Shown: positions 16,968 to 29,325 of the stretch, piece after piece
How the letters are laid out: each line of letters opens with the position of its first letter
Position numbering within the stretch: position 1 is the first letter of the stretch
Notes under the pieces: model-generated
Told to the model about the DNA's origin: nothing
What the model saw: only the letters and a program-made list of their open reading frames with translations
Databases searched by the model: none
Source of the DNA: Antedon mediterranea
Lineage: Eukaryota; Animalia; Echinodermata
Assembly: GCF_964355755.1 (NCBI RefSeq)
Contig: NC_092674.1
Coordinates: 6,200,001-6,264,000 of the forward strand
Length of the DNA stretch: 64,000 nucleotides
Reading direction: 5' to 3'
Program-made: the position numbers and the translations under genes

Positions 16968-19900
16968 TCGTTCTACCACCAGAACCATAAAGTGAGTGAG
17001 CCTCGAACCCCTGCCGATGTTATGGCTACGTAATTACGGTTCCACTGTTTTAACCGCTCGGCCACTCACTCACTCACAGCAAAAACAACTGGAAGAATTT
17101 GCACTTTTAGCAGTAGACAGGTAATTACCAAAAATATCGAGAAACTCCTGCTACTGTCGAGAGGTCTGTTATTATATAATAATGAACTTAGTTGTATTGT
17201 ACATTTTTTTCAGTCTGCAGAAAAATATTATAAAATGTTGGCAGAAGCTGAGGGATCTTTGGATCAACAAAGAGGAAACCAGCAAGGGCATCGGAACCAG
17301 AACAGAGATGGAAGGTACGATGGAAGAACCGATGACAGAAGGGATCGGTATGATGATGGCAGAACAAGACATCGAGATAGAAATGACAATAGAGGTAGAC
17401 ATGAAAATACAGAAAGAGATAAAAATGAATATAAAGATGAGGAGAGATCGAGCAGAAGAAGTAGAGACCCACATGATGACAGAAGATCAGGGAGTGATAG
17501 AAGGCATGAGAGAGACAGAGATGACAAACGAGAAGAAAAATATGATAACCGAGATCGTAAAAGTAGGTTTCTTAAACCAGGTGATATGAGTTCGAAAAGA
17601 AAACCAATGTTTAGAAAACCTGGTGAAGGCATTGGAGAAGAATCAAGTTATCAAAGACATAAAGAAATTACAAAGACTACTCCATCACAGAACTGGAGAG
17701 ATAAAGCATTTAGGAAGCCTTCTGATGAAACAGAAAAGGCAAAAGACAGAAAAGTGCCATCTCCAGTGGCATCATCTTCTAAAGAAAGTAAAAGAGAGTA
17801 CAGTAATAGTGGCAGCAGCAGCAGTAGTGAGGATGGTAGTGGGTCTGGTAGTAGTGATTCAGAAGAACGTAGTCCTTCTCCACCGCCTGTCAGGATTTTA
17901 ACAGAGCAAGAGATGAACCAGCTAGGCGCAAAGATTCTGAGGGCTGAACTTATGGGCAATGAGGTAGGCTGTGGCTAAGAAACTTTTGTTTTAATCTATA
18001 AAAAATGTATTCAAATATGAATGTTAATACTGTAAGTTGAGTGGAGAGAATATTTACGTGAGTTAAAAGATTGACTGTTAAGCTTGGTTCTCACTAGAAA
18101 GTAACGCAAGGACGTAAACGCAACGCAAGTGTTTTAACCAATGACAAGCGAAGTTATAGACAGTTAGCAATCACAAGCGAATAAGCCATCGCTTGTGATT
18201 GGTCAATTCATTTGCGTTGCGTTACGTCCTTGCGCTGCGTCGCTAGTGGGAACCACGCTTAAATGAAGTGGAGAGGAGTTGAATGGAACAGTCAAACTTT
18301 GAATTAATGAAAATATTATCCCTATTCAATGATTACAAAACATTGATTATTTGTTTTAATCTACAGCTGTTTCACTTTGAATCGTATGTGGAAAACAACG
18401 CCTATTAACAAATGTGGCACTAAGTATTTGGCCATAGGGTAGGGCAGTTAATGACGGTGCAGATAACTGGTTGGTTTTTCTTCACAATTAGTCTAGCAAA
18501 TTATCAGAACTTTTTTCAAAAAGCTGACCGTACAATTGTTTCTTTTTGTTTCAGGAACAAGCTGCTAAACTGAAAGCTGAACTTGAAGCAGCTAGAAAAG
18601 CAAAATTAGAACAACCTAAAATGCCTGCTAGGTCAGGTCAATCCAATGACCAATCAGAGGAGATTATCCTTACCAGAATGAATAAGAGTGGGCAGTGTTG
18701 GCCAGTGCCGGAGATGGAAGGAGTGGCTGAGTATAGAAAGGGAAAGACAAGAAAAAAAAAAGTTAAGGTATGATACAATAAAATTTTGTGGTAGATTTTC
18801 TTCTCCATATGGAAATTTGAAACAACTTCATACAGTGATGCTACCCTATTGGTCATCTGACCACCATATGACCAGCAGAAATGTTATACATTTTACACTG
18901 CAGCCAACCTCTATTCAGGGTACATGCTCATTAAGGGGACACTTTATTGGTTCCTGAAGGTGTCCCCTTAATAGAGGTTCTACTATATATTCATCTATCT
19001 CCTTATTGTGTTTGTAGCTTCCAACACATGGTGATGGTGGTGAAAGAGAACGCTATTTTGCAGATGATGATAATTTTGACTTAAAGACGTTGGTACAGCG
19101 AGAGAGAATGAGTCGTGCAGAAGATCAGAATATGATGCTGTCAAGGTTAGCTGGAAGGGTAGGTCAAAGATTATTTACATGACTAAATTCTTGCTATTAA
19201 CACTGGTTTTTGGTGCTTTTGTAATTTGAGTATAAACCAACCCAACCCAGTTGAATAAACCATTTATTTCAAAATATAATTTAAAATATAATTTTATACC
19301 AACTGCATTTCTGCTAAATTTGTGCTCCTAAAAATAACGGTTAATTAAGTGGTTGGTCGTCAACGTTGGTGTTACCCAGAATGCAATTGACACTGGCGGT
19401 CAATTCAAACGTTACTGCAGTGTAGTGACTCAAGGTCAGCGGCTGTCAATCAAATAACTTTTGCGTTGGAGCTAAAAGTTGCACAGCAATAACTGTTTAA
19501 ATGGTGATCTAACACCGAATTGATTGTGTTTTTTAAACCGGTATTTTCAGGCTGACATTTGACTGATTATTTAAAATTTGTCATGATTCTGCTGCCAATT
19601 ACGGTAGGGTTAATTTATTCACACGGTTATTTTTTCGCAGCAGAAACAGGACCCTAGTGAGCACTTGATAATTGTTAGTATTTTATGTTTTCTTTTTAGT
19701 CTATTGACAAGACTGATGATGAGTATCATACTCTAGATGATATGTTTGTCTCGCGAGCCGCTCAGGTTGAGTCTCGTGCTCAAGCAGAAGAGAAAATGAA
19801 AGCCAGAGCCATAGCTGAACACAAGCAACTTTCTGCTGCCCTCTCTAAATGTCCTTATTGTCTGGACAGCTCTGAGATGAAAAAGCACCTTATCATATCT

Positions 19901-22613
19901 TTAGGAACAAAGGTAGTTTATGTCCTGGTTTTCGTTAATAATAATAACACTACGTCGATCTTATATAGCGCTTAAAGCACAAAGCCTCCAAAGCTCTGTC
20001 TACACTATCAAACTAGTTGACAGAAAAAGTGTGATGTTCCCAAATATGGTAGTGATATATGTCTAAATATGGTAGTGACATGACATCATTATGTCCATAT
20101 ATGGGCACATTACATTTTTTTTGTTACATAAAGTTACCCCGGTCATATTTGGATCAAACACATCTGGGAGCATACTCCCATAATGTTGCATCTAGTAATA
20201 AGTGCAGTTATGTTTTGGCAACTCCACTCCCAAAGACTTGTAATAAGACTTTGTTTATGTAAAGCATGTTTTGGTTACTAAACTGTTTATAAGGAGATTG
20301 ATGTTTTATTTTTAATAGGTGTATTTAAGTTTACCAGCGACGCGATCGCTTACAGACGGCCATTGTCTACTGATACCAATGCAACATGCGACGGCAGCAA
20401 CGGCATTAGATGAAGATGTTTGGAATGAAATACAGGTAGATTTTATACTATAATTTGATAAATATATCAGAAAATATAAGATATTAAATATTTAAAAATG
20501 TAAAATTATAATTTTTGTTTTATTTAGATACAGGTAGATTTTATACTAGTATTGATAAATATATCCGACAATCTAGAATATTATTCAAATATTTTAAAAT
20601 TTAAAACTATAATTTATGTTTTAGTTAGATACAGGTAGATTTTATACTATTACTTAATAAATATATCAGAAAATATAGGATATTAAAATACTTATAATGT
20701 GAAACTATAATTTTTGTTTTATTTAAATAAAGGTAGATTTTATACTATTATTTAAAAAATATATCAGAAAATCTATGATATTCAAATATTTCAAAATGTA
20801 AAACTATAATTTTTATTTAGACATTAAAGAGGGCGCTTGTCACAATGTTCGAATCACAAGATGAAGATGTAGTATTTCTGGAAACGTCTATGAACCTACG
20901 CAAGCAATATCACATGCGTATCGAATGTGTACCTGTACCGAAGGAGTTGGAGGAAATGGCACCTATTTATTTTAAGGTAGGTTTTGCTGACAAATTTTCA
21001 TATCCACTCCTATCCACAACTTATTGTCCTTATGTCTGGAGGAACTATAAAGATATTATACGAACGGACGAAGGAAATTTGTATAGCAAACTGCAATAAA
21101 TAACTTAATAATATATTGTTTGAAAGTTTGCATGCCGAAATCAAATGTTTATATAATATAATATACGTGGTGTACCACCACATATTTTAGTTCGGAAAAG
21201 AATTGTTGAGTTTCTCGAGGACGATCAAAACATTGATCGAAACGTCGAGAAACTCAAGAGCTAACTAATATACGTGGTGTACTGCAAACTTTATATCAAC
21301 TTATAATAGTTATGTGTTTTTTCTTTTATATACTTAGAAAGCTATAATGGAAACTGGGTCAGAATGGTCACAGAATAAGAAGTTAATAGACACACATCAA
21401 AAGGGTATACGCAAATCGGTAAGTAAATATGTATCTGTTACAAAATGTGTGTGGGGAGAGAGGCACCACAAATCAAGTCATAATATAACAACATGTTCAA
21501 GTTTCTCCTTCACCATAGTTCTGGTGGTAGAAGTCTTAACTGAAGTCCAGTGTACACATACTGTATGGCTTGTGAGCACTCTAAAAAGGCTGGGTTCTGG
21601 TGTAAATGTATCATCTAACACAGAAGTTTTTTTGGAGCCTGATTTCTTTTATTCAATTTTTGTTATTACTGTGTTTTGCTTTTTGTTCATGTTTTTATAT
21701 TACTCCTTTTATACAGGTACCAAAGGGCTTTCCATATTTTAGTGTTGAGTTCGCAATGGATGGAGGATTTGCACATGTCATAGAAGATGAACAAACATTC
21801 TCACATTATTTTGGCAAGGTAGGTAGACAATTTAAAGAACTTTTATATTAAATAACTTTTTATTTTAAATATAATACTGTAGTTTTCCATCTAATTTTTT
21901 TTTCAATCTAATTCAACTACTCCATAGGACAACAACTACCCAACTAAACATAAGGGGGTAGTTGTCCTGTGGTATAGTTGTGCATATTTTTAGATCAAGA
22001 TGCCAAATTTACTATACTAGGGTTAGGACATATATATTTAATTATCTTCGAAAAAGGTTTTCACCTGGTTAAATATCTATATACAATTATTTGCGACGTT
22101 TCGACTTTTTGTCAAAAAATCTTCATCTAGCAATGACTGGATGTTTATTCTAAGTTTGCCAATAGAGGGCGTTGCTCTACAACTAGCAAAGCTACTTCTA
22201 GCAACCACTAACATCTAGTCATTGCCAGATGAAAATTTGTTCACAAGTCGAAACGTCGCACACGTATCTCATGACTTGTAACATAAAGAATTGTATACAG
22301 ATATAAAATTAATTACTTTACAAGGGTACCAAAATCATAAATTAGACCTCTGTATATATACACAAAATTCACATTTATAAATCAGTAAGTTAGGTACTCA
22401 ACTCTGTATATACACACAAATTCACATTTATAAAACAGTAGGTACTCAAAAATGTTTATTGTCTATATTATTTATAAGGAAATACTGGGTGGGATGCTGG
22501 ACTTGGAGCCTAGGCGCTGGAGAAATCCATTGAGAGAAAATTTTGACAATCAGAGACGGAAGGTTTTGAGGTTTGCAGATTGGTGGAAGCCATTCGATAT
22601 CACAAATAAATAA
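14398..22613 (+). CDS. CWF19L2: CWF19-like protein 2 (spliceosome/lariat-associated, CwfJ domains)
   Basis: 14 exons 14398-14484, 14896-15000, 15199-15426, 15547-15666, 16057-16269, 17214-17963, 18555-18767, 19018-19158, 19700-19912, 20319-20435, 20821-20976, 21338-21418, 21717-21818, 22479-22613; motifs FES..., [102 protein letters not shown]...[17 protein letters not shown]. Confidence 0.96.
16745..17072 (-). mobile_element. tRNA-headed SINE with Deu/Nin-type central domain (near full length)
   Basis: Reverse strand has A box TGGCCGAGCGGTTAA, B box GGTTCGAGGC, then GTCTTCTCAGATAAGGACTATAAACCGTAGGTCC...CTTTAAAGAATC...TTCGAGACGAGTAGGGGGTTACCCCGGTGT resembling the Deu/Nin domain, and a TTCAATCAAT tail; related copies at ~965-1095, 1855-1899+4215-4400, ~21510-21585. 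Confidence 0.75.
18081..18259. mobile_element. PIF/Harbinger-type MITE family B (TIR AGCTTGGTTCCCACTAG)
   Basis: ~180-bp imperfect palindrome flanked by TTA/TAA; near-identical copy at 58954-59132. Confidence 0.85.
19992..20135. mobile_element. MITE family A copy (right end truncated)
   Basis: AGCTCTGTCTACACTATCAAACTAG start and family internal repeats. Confidence 0.8.
20430..20820. repeat. ~99-bp tandem repeat x4 making up CWF19L2 intron 10
   Basis: ATACAG|GTAGATTTTATACTA...TTTAG unit starting at 20430, 20528, 20629, 20727. Confidence 0.92.
22072..22304. mobile_element. Penelope-like pLTR remnant: inverted pair of minimal hammerhead-like motifs
   Basis: TTGC-CAGATGA-stem-GAAACGTC-GCA at 22222-22260 (+) and TTGC-TAGATGA-stem-GAAACGTC-GCAA at 22133-22091 (-). 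Confidence 0.55.
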
Positions 22614-23139
22614 TACACATTTTATAGTTCTTAAAATCACTAATAATCACACAAATAATAGTTTTATTACACAAAATCCAAACCACAAAACCTTTTTTAC
22701 GAAACAATGTTAATATTATGTTAATTATACCTTTATTCTTTATTTCAAACCAACAGTGTAAAACACCAATAACAGGTTGAAAATATATAACTAAACTATA
22801 AAATATGAGCCAATATAAATATATACAAAATGAAAAAAAGATTATTTAAATAATTTCATTAATAATACATTTAAATACCTGCATATATTATACCAAACAC
22901 AAATGCAAACACATGTAATTACCATAAAATAAATGTAATACTGTAATACCCCCCTGGGATTATACTTGGTAATATACAGTAATTCACATTTCTGTGTTAA
23001 AATAATACTAATACTAATAATAATATTGGTACCAATTCAGTGTATTAAACTATAATCAATGTATAATATACAGTACAGTAATTATTTTTATTTATTAAAC
23101 AAATTTTTTTTACAATAAAAAAGGAATATTTTTATGTAT

Positions 23140-26100
23140 TTATTCGCTTGATGTGGTATTTGATTCACGTCGCTTTTCCAACAGATTCTTGATGTAAAAT
23201 TCACCTAAAAAAAATAAAAAAACAATTATACTCCAGTACCGATAGCCGTTTGAAACTGCTATTCAGAGAATTCATACATTAACAATATTATTTATATTCA
23301 TATACATTAACAATATTATACTTACCAGCTTTGTATGAAGAACGCACTAAAGGCCCACTTGCTGTGTAAGCGAATCCTAATTTCTTTCCAACTTTTTCCC
23401 AATAACTGAACTTCTCAGGCGTTACATATTCTTCTACTCTTAGATGTCGTTTAGTTGGCTGCATGTATTGACCCAACGTCACGCATTCTACGCCAGCAGT
23501 CCGTAAATCTACAGAATTATTTTAATAATAGCAAGTTACATTTTTGCTCTACTCAGACATAACTGTATTGAATAGTTAGTACATAGAGAACACTTTGGCA
23601 ATCGGACCCATGACCTCCAGTTTACTAACCTGGAACTTGTACCTCTAGACCACCAAGTTTGCGCTGATGACTAGGGTTAGAACACAAGGAAGAAGTAGGT
23701 ACTTACTACGAAGTACATTTATGCCAGGGTAAGTAGCATGTTTACGGGCTCCTGATGCAACGTAGTATCGATCTTGCTCAAAATATTTCCCTGCCCACAG
23801 ATAATAACTAAATAAGTGAAAAAACAGTCCATTAATAATTAAGTAAACACAACAAACCTTTGAGGGTCTGGAATACTTCCTGGTCTGTTTCTCCAAGTCC
23901 TAGCATGATGGATGATTTAGTAAATTTCTGATCATCTAACATTTTAACATGTTCAAGAACCTTCATAGATTGTTTGTAGTTCGCTCGTGGATCACGCACA
24001 AATCTGTAAATGGTAATTATTAATGAATTGAAACTGTTATTTTCTTAGCTGGGTTGTTAAGGTGCTTTGCTATTGTTGGCAAAAATTTTTTTTTCCAAAA
24101 CAACTCCACTTACCAAAAAATTCTTTCTTGAGTGAATAGATTTTTACCAATATTGGGACTGTTAATTTTGTAATGAATGCAAATAAAGGTTCTTGTGTAT
24201 ATTTATATGGGTCCTTGACAATATGCTTAATATATAAAATAATAATTTTGCACAAACTTAGCCCACACTAACATCAAACCAAACAGTACTTACTTCTGCA
24301 ATGCCTCTACCGTTTCAATATTATGCGCATATACATCAAGTCCAGAACGAACAATATTACCAACAGCTTCTAGATCACCTCGGAAATCCGGAGTCAAACA
24401 CTCAACCATTATTTGTGGCGCTCTAGTAATGACAACAATAGTTAATTTGAAATAGTCGTCAATTTTGGTTCGGGTTTTGGCACTAATGTCAGACCGAAGA
24501 TTTTGTGGAAGCTGATGTAAAAGTTGCACATTCACACAAAAATTTACGAAAAGCTTTCAAGTTTGGTTAAATATATTTTGGTGTAATTGTAATACCTGCT
24601 TTTGATTTCCGAGACAGTTTCAGCAAAGTGTATTGACCCTCCATCTGGCAAGTCTACAACCAATGAAAATAATATGCAAATTAATATCTTGTACTTTAAT
24701 ACGTTAATTATTAAAACCTCATTGTCGTTTGATTGTGTTGTTTACTTTAATACCACATATGGTATGTGACATTTCCACTTCTGGGGTTCTCAGTGTAAAG
24801 CTCTGTCTACACTATCAAACTAGTTTGACATTAAAAAGTGTGATGTGTCCAAATATGGTAATGATATGCCCAAATATGGTAGTGATATGACATCATCATC
24901 TCCATAATATATTGGCACATCAAATTTTTTGTCACATAAAGTAGTAATAGTAGTAATTTTATATTTAGTCTAGACCTTTTCTATTTATTGTACTGATATA
25001 TTTTTGCCTGTATCTTCATTAGCATGTATTGATGTTAATCTCTTACCATCTCTGTCAACTGATGTGAGTACCACATAATCTAAACCCCATTTGGCTATTG
25101 CACTTGCTGTATTTACTGGTTCATTTGCATCTGGTGCAGGAGGCTTTCTTGCAGTTTTAACAGAACAAAACAGACATCCTCTTGTACATGTATCTCCTAG
25201 CAACTGTTTAAAAATAGAAGTACTCAATGTCTTTTGACATAACGAAAAATAAAAGAAGATTTCTGATACAAAGGCATACAAGAATGGAATGAATTGACAT
25301 AATTATTATGAAACGTAGCATAGTTATACTAGCTTGTTTCACCATACCATAATAGTAGCTGTTGCCGTTGAATGTTCACCACCTCCCCAGCATTCACCAA
25401 TATTAGGACACCTCGCTTCTTCGCATACCTAAGTTGACACAATGCATAAAAATGAAAAAAAAATAACACATTTAAACATAAAATATGACAAGCAGGAATG
25501 TATTTGTGGTTTTGTTCATCACTAAAACAGTGTTCTTGTGAGGTATATACTATCTGACTCCAGGCCTCAGAAAGTAAGCAGTAGGAAAAATTAATAGTCT
25601 AATGCTCAGTGCTGTTGGTCACATTTTTAATATCAAACCCAAGAACTTTAACAAAAAAATCATTAGAATATCTCACCGTATGCAAATTAAGATCTCGTAA
25701 GGTTTCTTTTAATTTGTAATAATTATTGCCGATAGGAATCTCTGTCTTTAACCATGGTGGTAGACGAAGTCTGAAAAAAAAGTTAGTTATTAATTATCAT
25801 ATGATTTAGCCAAACTGTATGCAGTAATTATTATTTGTTTTAAATTGCTAAAATGCTATTTACAAGAGTAATAATTAATATTGATAACTTTTTTCAGTAT
25901 GAATTTTTCAATTATTGTTTATTAACCACACCGTTTTATTCCTTTCTCTCGTTTTAAAGTCCCATCATAAGGGCCTTCAAAAGGTTCTTCTAGAACTATG
26001 TCTCCCGATATGAAATCTTCTAGACTGGGTCCATCCGCAATTTTCTTTTTCTGTTCCAAAGTTAAATTGCTACAGCATCTTCTAGCGCCCAGCAATGAGT

Positions 26101-26441
26101 TACGAAAAATCTATAAAAAAAAAAAATATTTTATAATCATGATGTACTAATTACTAAAAATGGAAGTCACGTTTTTTTAAAGTATGTCACCAAGGTTGTT
26201 TCTAAATAACTGGTTAAAAAATCAATATTTATTTTGGGGCGAACTGACTTAACAAACGGTCAACACGTGTGTATAGACGACCAGACGCCAAAAAATAAAG
26301 CATGACTGTCGTGTTTGGCCTAGCTTTAATTAAAAGGTATAAAAAAATCATTGCACAATTATATATAACTTCTCAAAACAGACTACTAACTGGAAACAGC
26401 CTACTTCCTGCTTGAAACGTTACTGCAACGGTTTTAGACAT
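23140..26441 (-). CDS. LIAS: Lipoyl synthase, mitochondrial (radical SAM)
   Basis: Minus-strand exons 26441-26391 (least certain), 26110-25932, 25770-25677, 25428-25348, 25203-25047, 24653-24596, 24422-24294, 24003-23858, 23508-23326, 23204-23140; motifs [23 protein letters not shown] (CX4CX5C), CTRGCLFC (CX3CX2C), [64 protein letters not shown]. Confidence 0.97.
24799..24945. mobile_element. MITE family A copy (right end truncated)
   Basis: Left TIR plus internal repeats. Confidence 0.8.
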
Positions 26442-26918
26442 GTTTTTTCTGATTTGTTTTGACTAAAAAAGTTGGCTTTTTTACGTAATACTTATAGGTA
26501 CGTCACAAACCTACACTGACCTCAGCTCCCTGGTCATAAATTTGATTTCAAATTATATTGTATTCCATATATAAATTAGTAATAAAACATGTAATATAAA
26601 TAAAAATATATTTTGTATCCTATCAATTAAATTGTATTGATATGAATTGTATTTGTAGTGAAAATAGTAAGATTGGTAATTTATAGTAAATAATCTTTTT
26701 AAGAAAAAAAAATAAAGCAGACGAATTATTAATTAAACAGCGCCACCTACGACATTTAAATGCTACCTGTTTATTTTCCCCCATTCATTCATCATTCGTC
26801 AACACAATGATCCAGCTCGCATACACAATATTAATCGGAGAGGATGAAAAATGAAGTGTACTGATTTTACCCGAAAATACAGAATGAAAATTTACAGTTG
26901 AGAGCACATATTATTAAG
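26442..26918. promoter_or_regulatory. LIAS promoter, possibly shared with a non-coding first exon of TRMT9B
   Basis: LIAS ATG at 26441 (-); AAG|GTAGGC donor-like site at 26918 on +; TRMT9B coding exon at 34834 begins with an acceptor so needs an upstream exon; inference only. Confidence 0.4.
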
Positions 26919-28181
26919 GTAGGCATAAATTGAATAATTAGAGTTTAAACTTGCTATGAGTTTCGATAAATATAATTTAATCATCTTATTTTGGAAGGTT
27001 AGTTTTGGTGTATATCAATTTCTGTATGCAACATTCACTGTTCTTGCAAATCAATTTCATATATTTGTTAAATTATATTGTGCTTTTAATAGTGTAGATT
27101 TTCCCTTGCACTATCTACTGTACTACCTTGTAAGGTCTAGGGTATGTAGGTAAGTATCTTGAAATCGTATATTCAAGAATAAATTTCTTTTGTGTTTTAA
27201 TTGTTTTTATACTACTTTACTGGGCATATCATACTTTTACATTCAGAGTGCATTCACCATACTTTGAGTTCAAAGTCTAATTTTATTGTATGTTATTTGT
27301 AAATATAATTAAGGTGATTGTATCTAATTTTGCTATTCATTTGCGTTAAGTAATCTTGTGTGTTAATCTGGAGTTTAGCAGTTCATCAATTTGATTGACA
27401 TTATTCACTAAAGGTGAATGAAACCCCATAATTATATCACATTTATATCACAATAATTGTGACTGTTACATTGTAGGCCCATTGTGATCTTTAAATTGTA
27501 TTATCATTATATTGTGAATGTCATCGTAATATTGTATTCTGATCGTAATATTTTATTCTGATCATTCTATTGTATTTGATCATTTTGACCTTTGTGTCAA
27601 ACAGGCAATGTTTTTCATATGAACTAACAAACTCTGTACCCATAATATATAATATTATGGATTTACAGCGTTTGGGAAGTTTTTATATTTATTGTATTAT
27701 ATTGCTTATTTTTAAATCAGTTACACTATGTTCGATATTCTGAAACATTTAGTTTCCATGATCTGAACATATTTCCAGGTAAAAAAAGTAATTATTTTTA
27801 AAGTAAATTTCCGTCTAGAATCCAGAATGCAATTAAGATTTTGAGAGACGACTAAGTGTCACCAATGTAATTCTGATTATACGTAAACACTTAGCAAGGT
27901 TCAATTGCCACCATTAGCATTTTCTTTAGCGGCAAATGGAGTGTTTTTACTAAACAGATGTGTTCAGTCGAGCAAAAGAAAAACACGACATTCCATAGCA
28001 AAATTGGCAACTTAAGTAAAAAAGAAAATTAACAAAAGATCTATTTGTATATAATTTTTTAGCAAAAGGCAACTTTTCATTTAAGCCTTTCACGCGAAAT
28101 ATAATTGTTCGATATATTTGATAGAAAGGTTTTGTTAAATAGTTTTTTTTATATATGAAAAGAAATTTGAACAATGATTAT

Positions 28182-29113
28182 CGCCCGTATTCTTAAACCG
28201 GACTTTAGTCGTAGTTCGAGCTAAAACTAAAAAAATGATGTCATTTTAATTCATAATTAACCGAACTTCAACTAAATCGCCGACTAATTCAGACCAACCT
28301 CGACTAAATCGAGACGGATTTTGATCGATTTTTTTAGTCCTGGAGGGGCAGGCTAAATGGTCGACTAAATAGTTTTTAAACGATGTTTATGAAAGACGTA
28401 ACAGTCATTGAGTTGTTATATTGGCCAGATATTGAAGAATGAAATATCTATTTTTATATTAGCTTAATTAAATATACATTGGTATATGTTATAATAATGA
28501 AAATCATCTTTATTTACAACTGTATACAAATTACATAATTTTCTTCGCGCAAGTCCGACTTCAACTACGTCACGCCATAGCGACAATGGCAGATGCGGAA
28601 ATTCACCACGCGATGGAATGTTTAGGGGGGCCTAGCACTTTCTTGTCACGCTATGAAGTGCGTGGTTCGTCGCGATCATACTTTGTTGGGGGCCTAGAAA
28701 ATATAAAAGTTACCGTACCGCCATGGTTCCTAAATATATTTTGAAGATTTTGTTTGTTGTTAATCAAAAGTACTTCACTGTTAAATTAATACTGATCTTG
28801 TTCTAATAATTAACGATTAAAATTATTTTTCATGTATAGTCCTGATGCGTAAAAAGTGTTGTAAGAAAATGGAAAGTGATATCAATGCGCAAAATTTCGT
28901 CTGCTCCTCAAATACTCTCTTGTCATTGGCCAATGTATAGCCTTTGTTACCCAGACGTGTGCAACTCGACTAAAAGCTCGACTTCATTAAGTCGAACTGC
29001 AAACTTAGACTACTTCGTTTTTTAATCGAATTTGAAGTAATAGCTCAAATTACGAATTTTTCAAGTCGAACTTCGAACTACGACTAAAGTCCGGTTTAAG
29101 AATAATACGGGCG
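28182..29113. mobile_element. Non-autonomous DNA transposon (~930 bp), PIF/Harbinger-like
   Basis: ~38-bp TIRs CGCCCGTATTCTTAAACCGGACTTTAGTCGTAGTTCGA (3-nt insertion in right copy); 3-bp TSD TAT (28179-28181 / 29114-29116). Confidence 0.82.
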
Positions 29114-29189
29114 TATATGATTTACTAAACTAACTCCCAAATAAAATTTACCATGGCACTGTATGTATGCCTACTTTATTCATTTATAA

Positions 29190-29325
29190 AGCTCCGTCTA
29201 CACTATCAAACTTTATTTGACCAAAAAATTTGATGTTCTCATATATGTTCATGATGATGTCATATCACTACCATATTTGGGCATATCACTACCATATTTG
29301 GGTACATCACACTTTTTTTTGTCAA
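29190..29325. mobile_element. MITE family A copy (opposite orientation, truncated)
   Basis: AGCTCCGTCTACACTATCAAACTTTA plus CATATCACTACCATATTTGG repeats. Confidence 0.8.

Noticed and set aside
17172-17959. Several antisense and alternative-frame ORFs
   Set aside because: Shadows of the low-complexity Arg/Asp/Ser-rich CWF19L2 exon 6
23590-23760. CTAACCCTA (telomerase-template-like) on minus strand and TGATGA...CTGA (C/D-box-like) on plus strand in a LIAS intron
   Set aside because: Sequence after the 9-mer looks like a decayed tRNA-derived head, no pseudoknot or H/ACA domain recognised; the C/D-like pair is antisense to the host, has a non-canonical terminal stem and no guide I can match
25160-25195. 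LIAS radical-SAM motif reads CTRGCLFC rather than the common CTRGCRFC
   Set aside because: All three cysteines are intact; single substitution at a non-ligand position is not evidence of altered function
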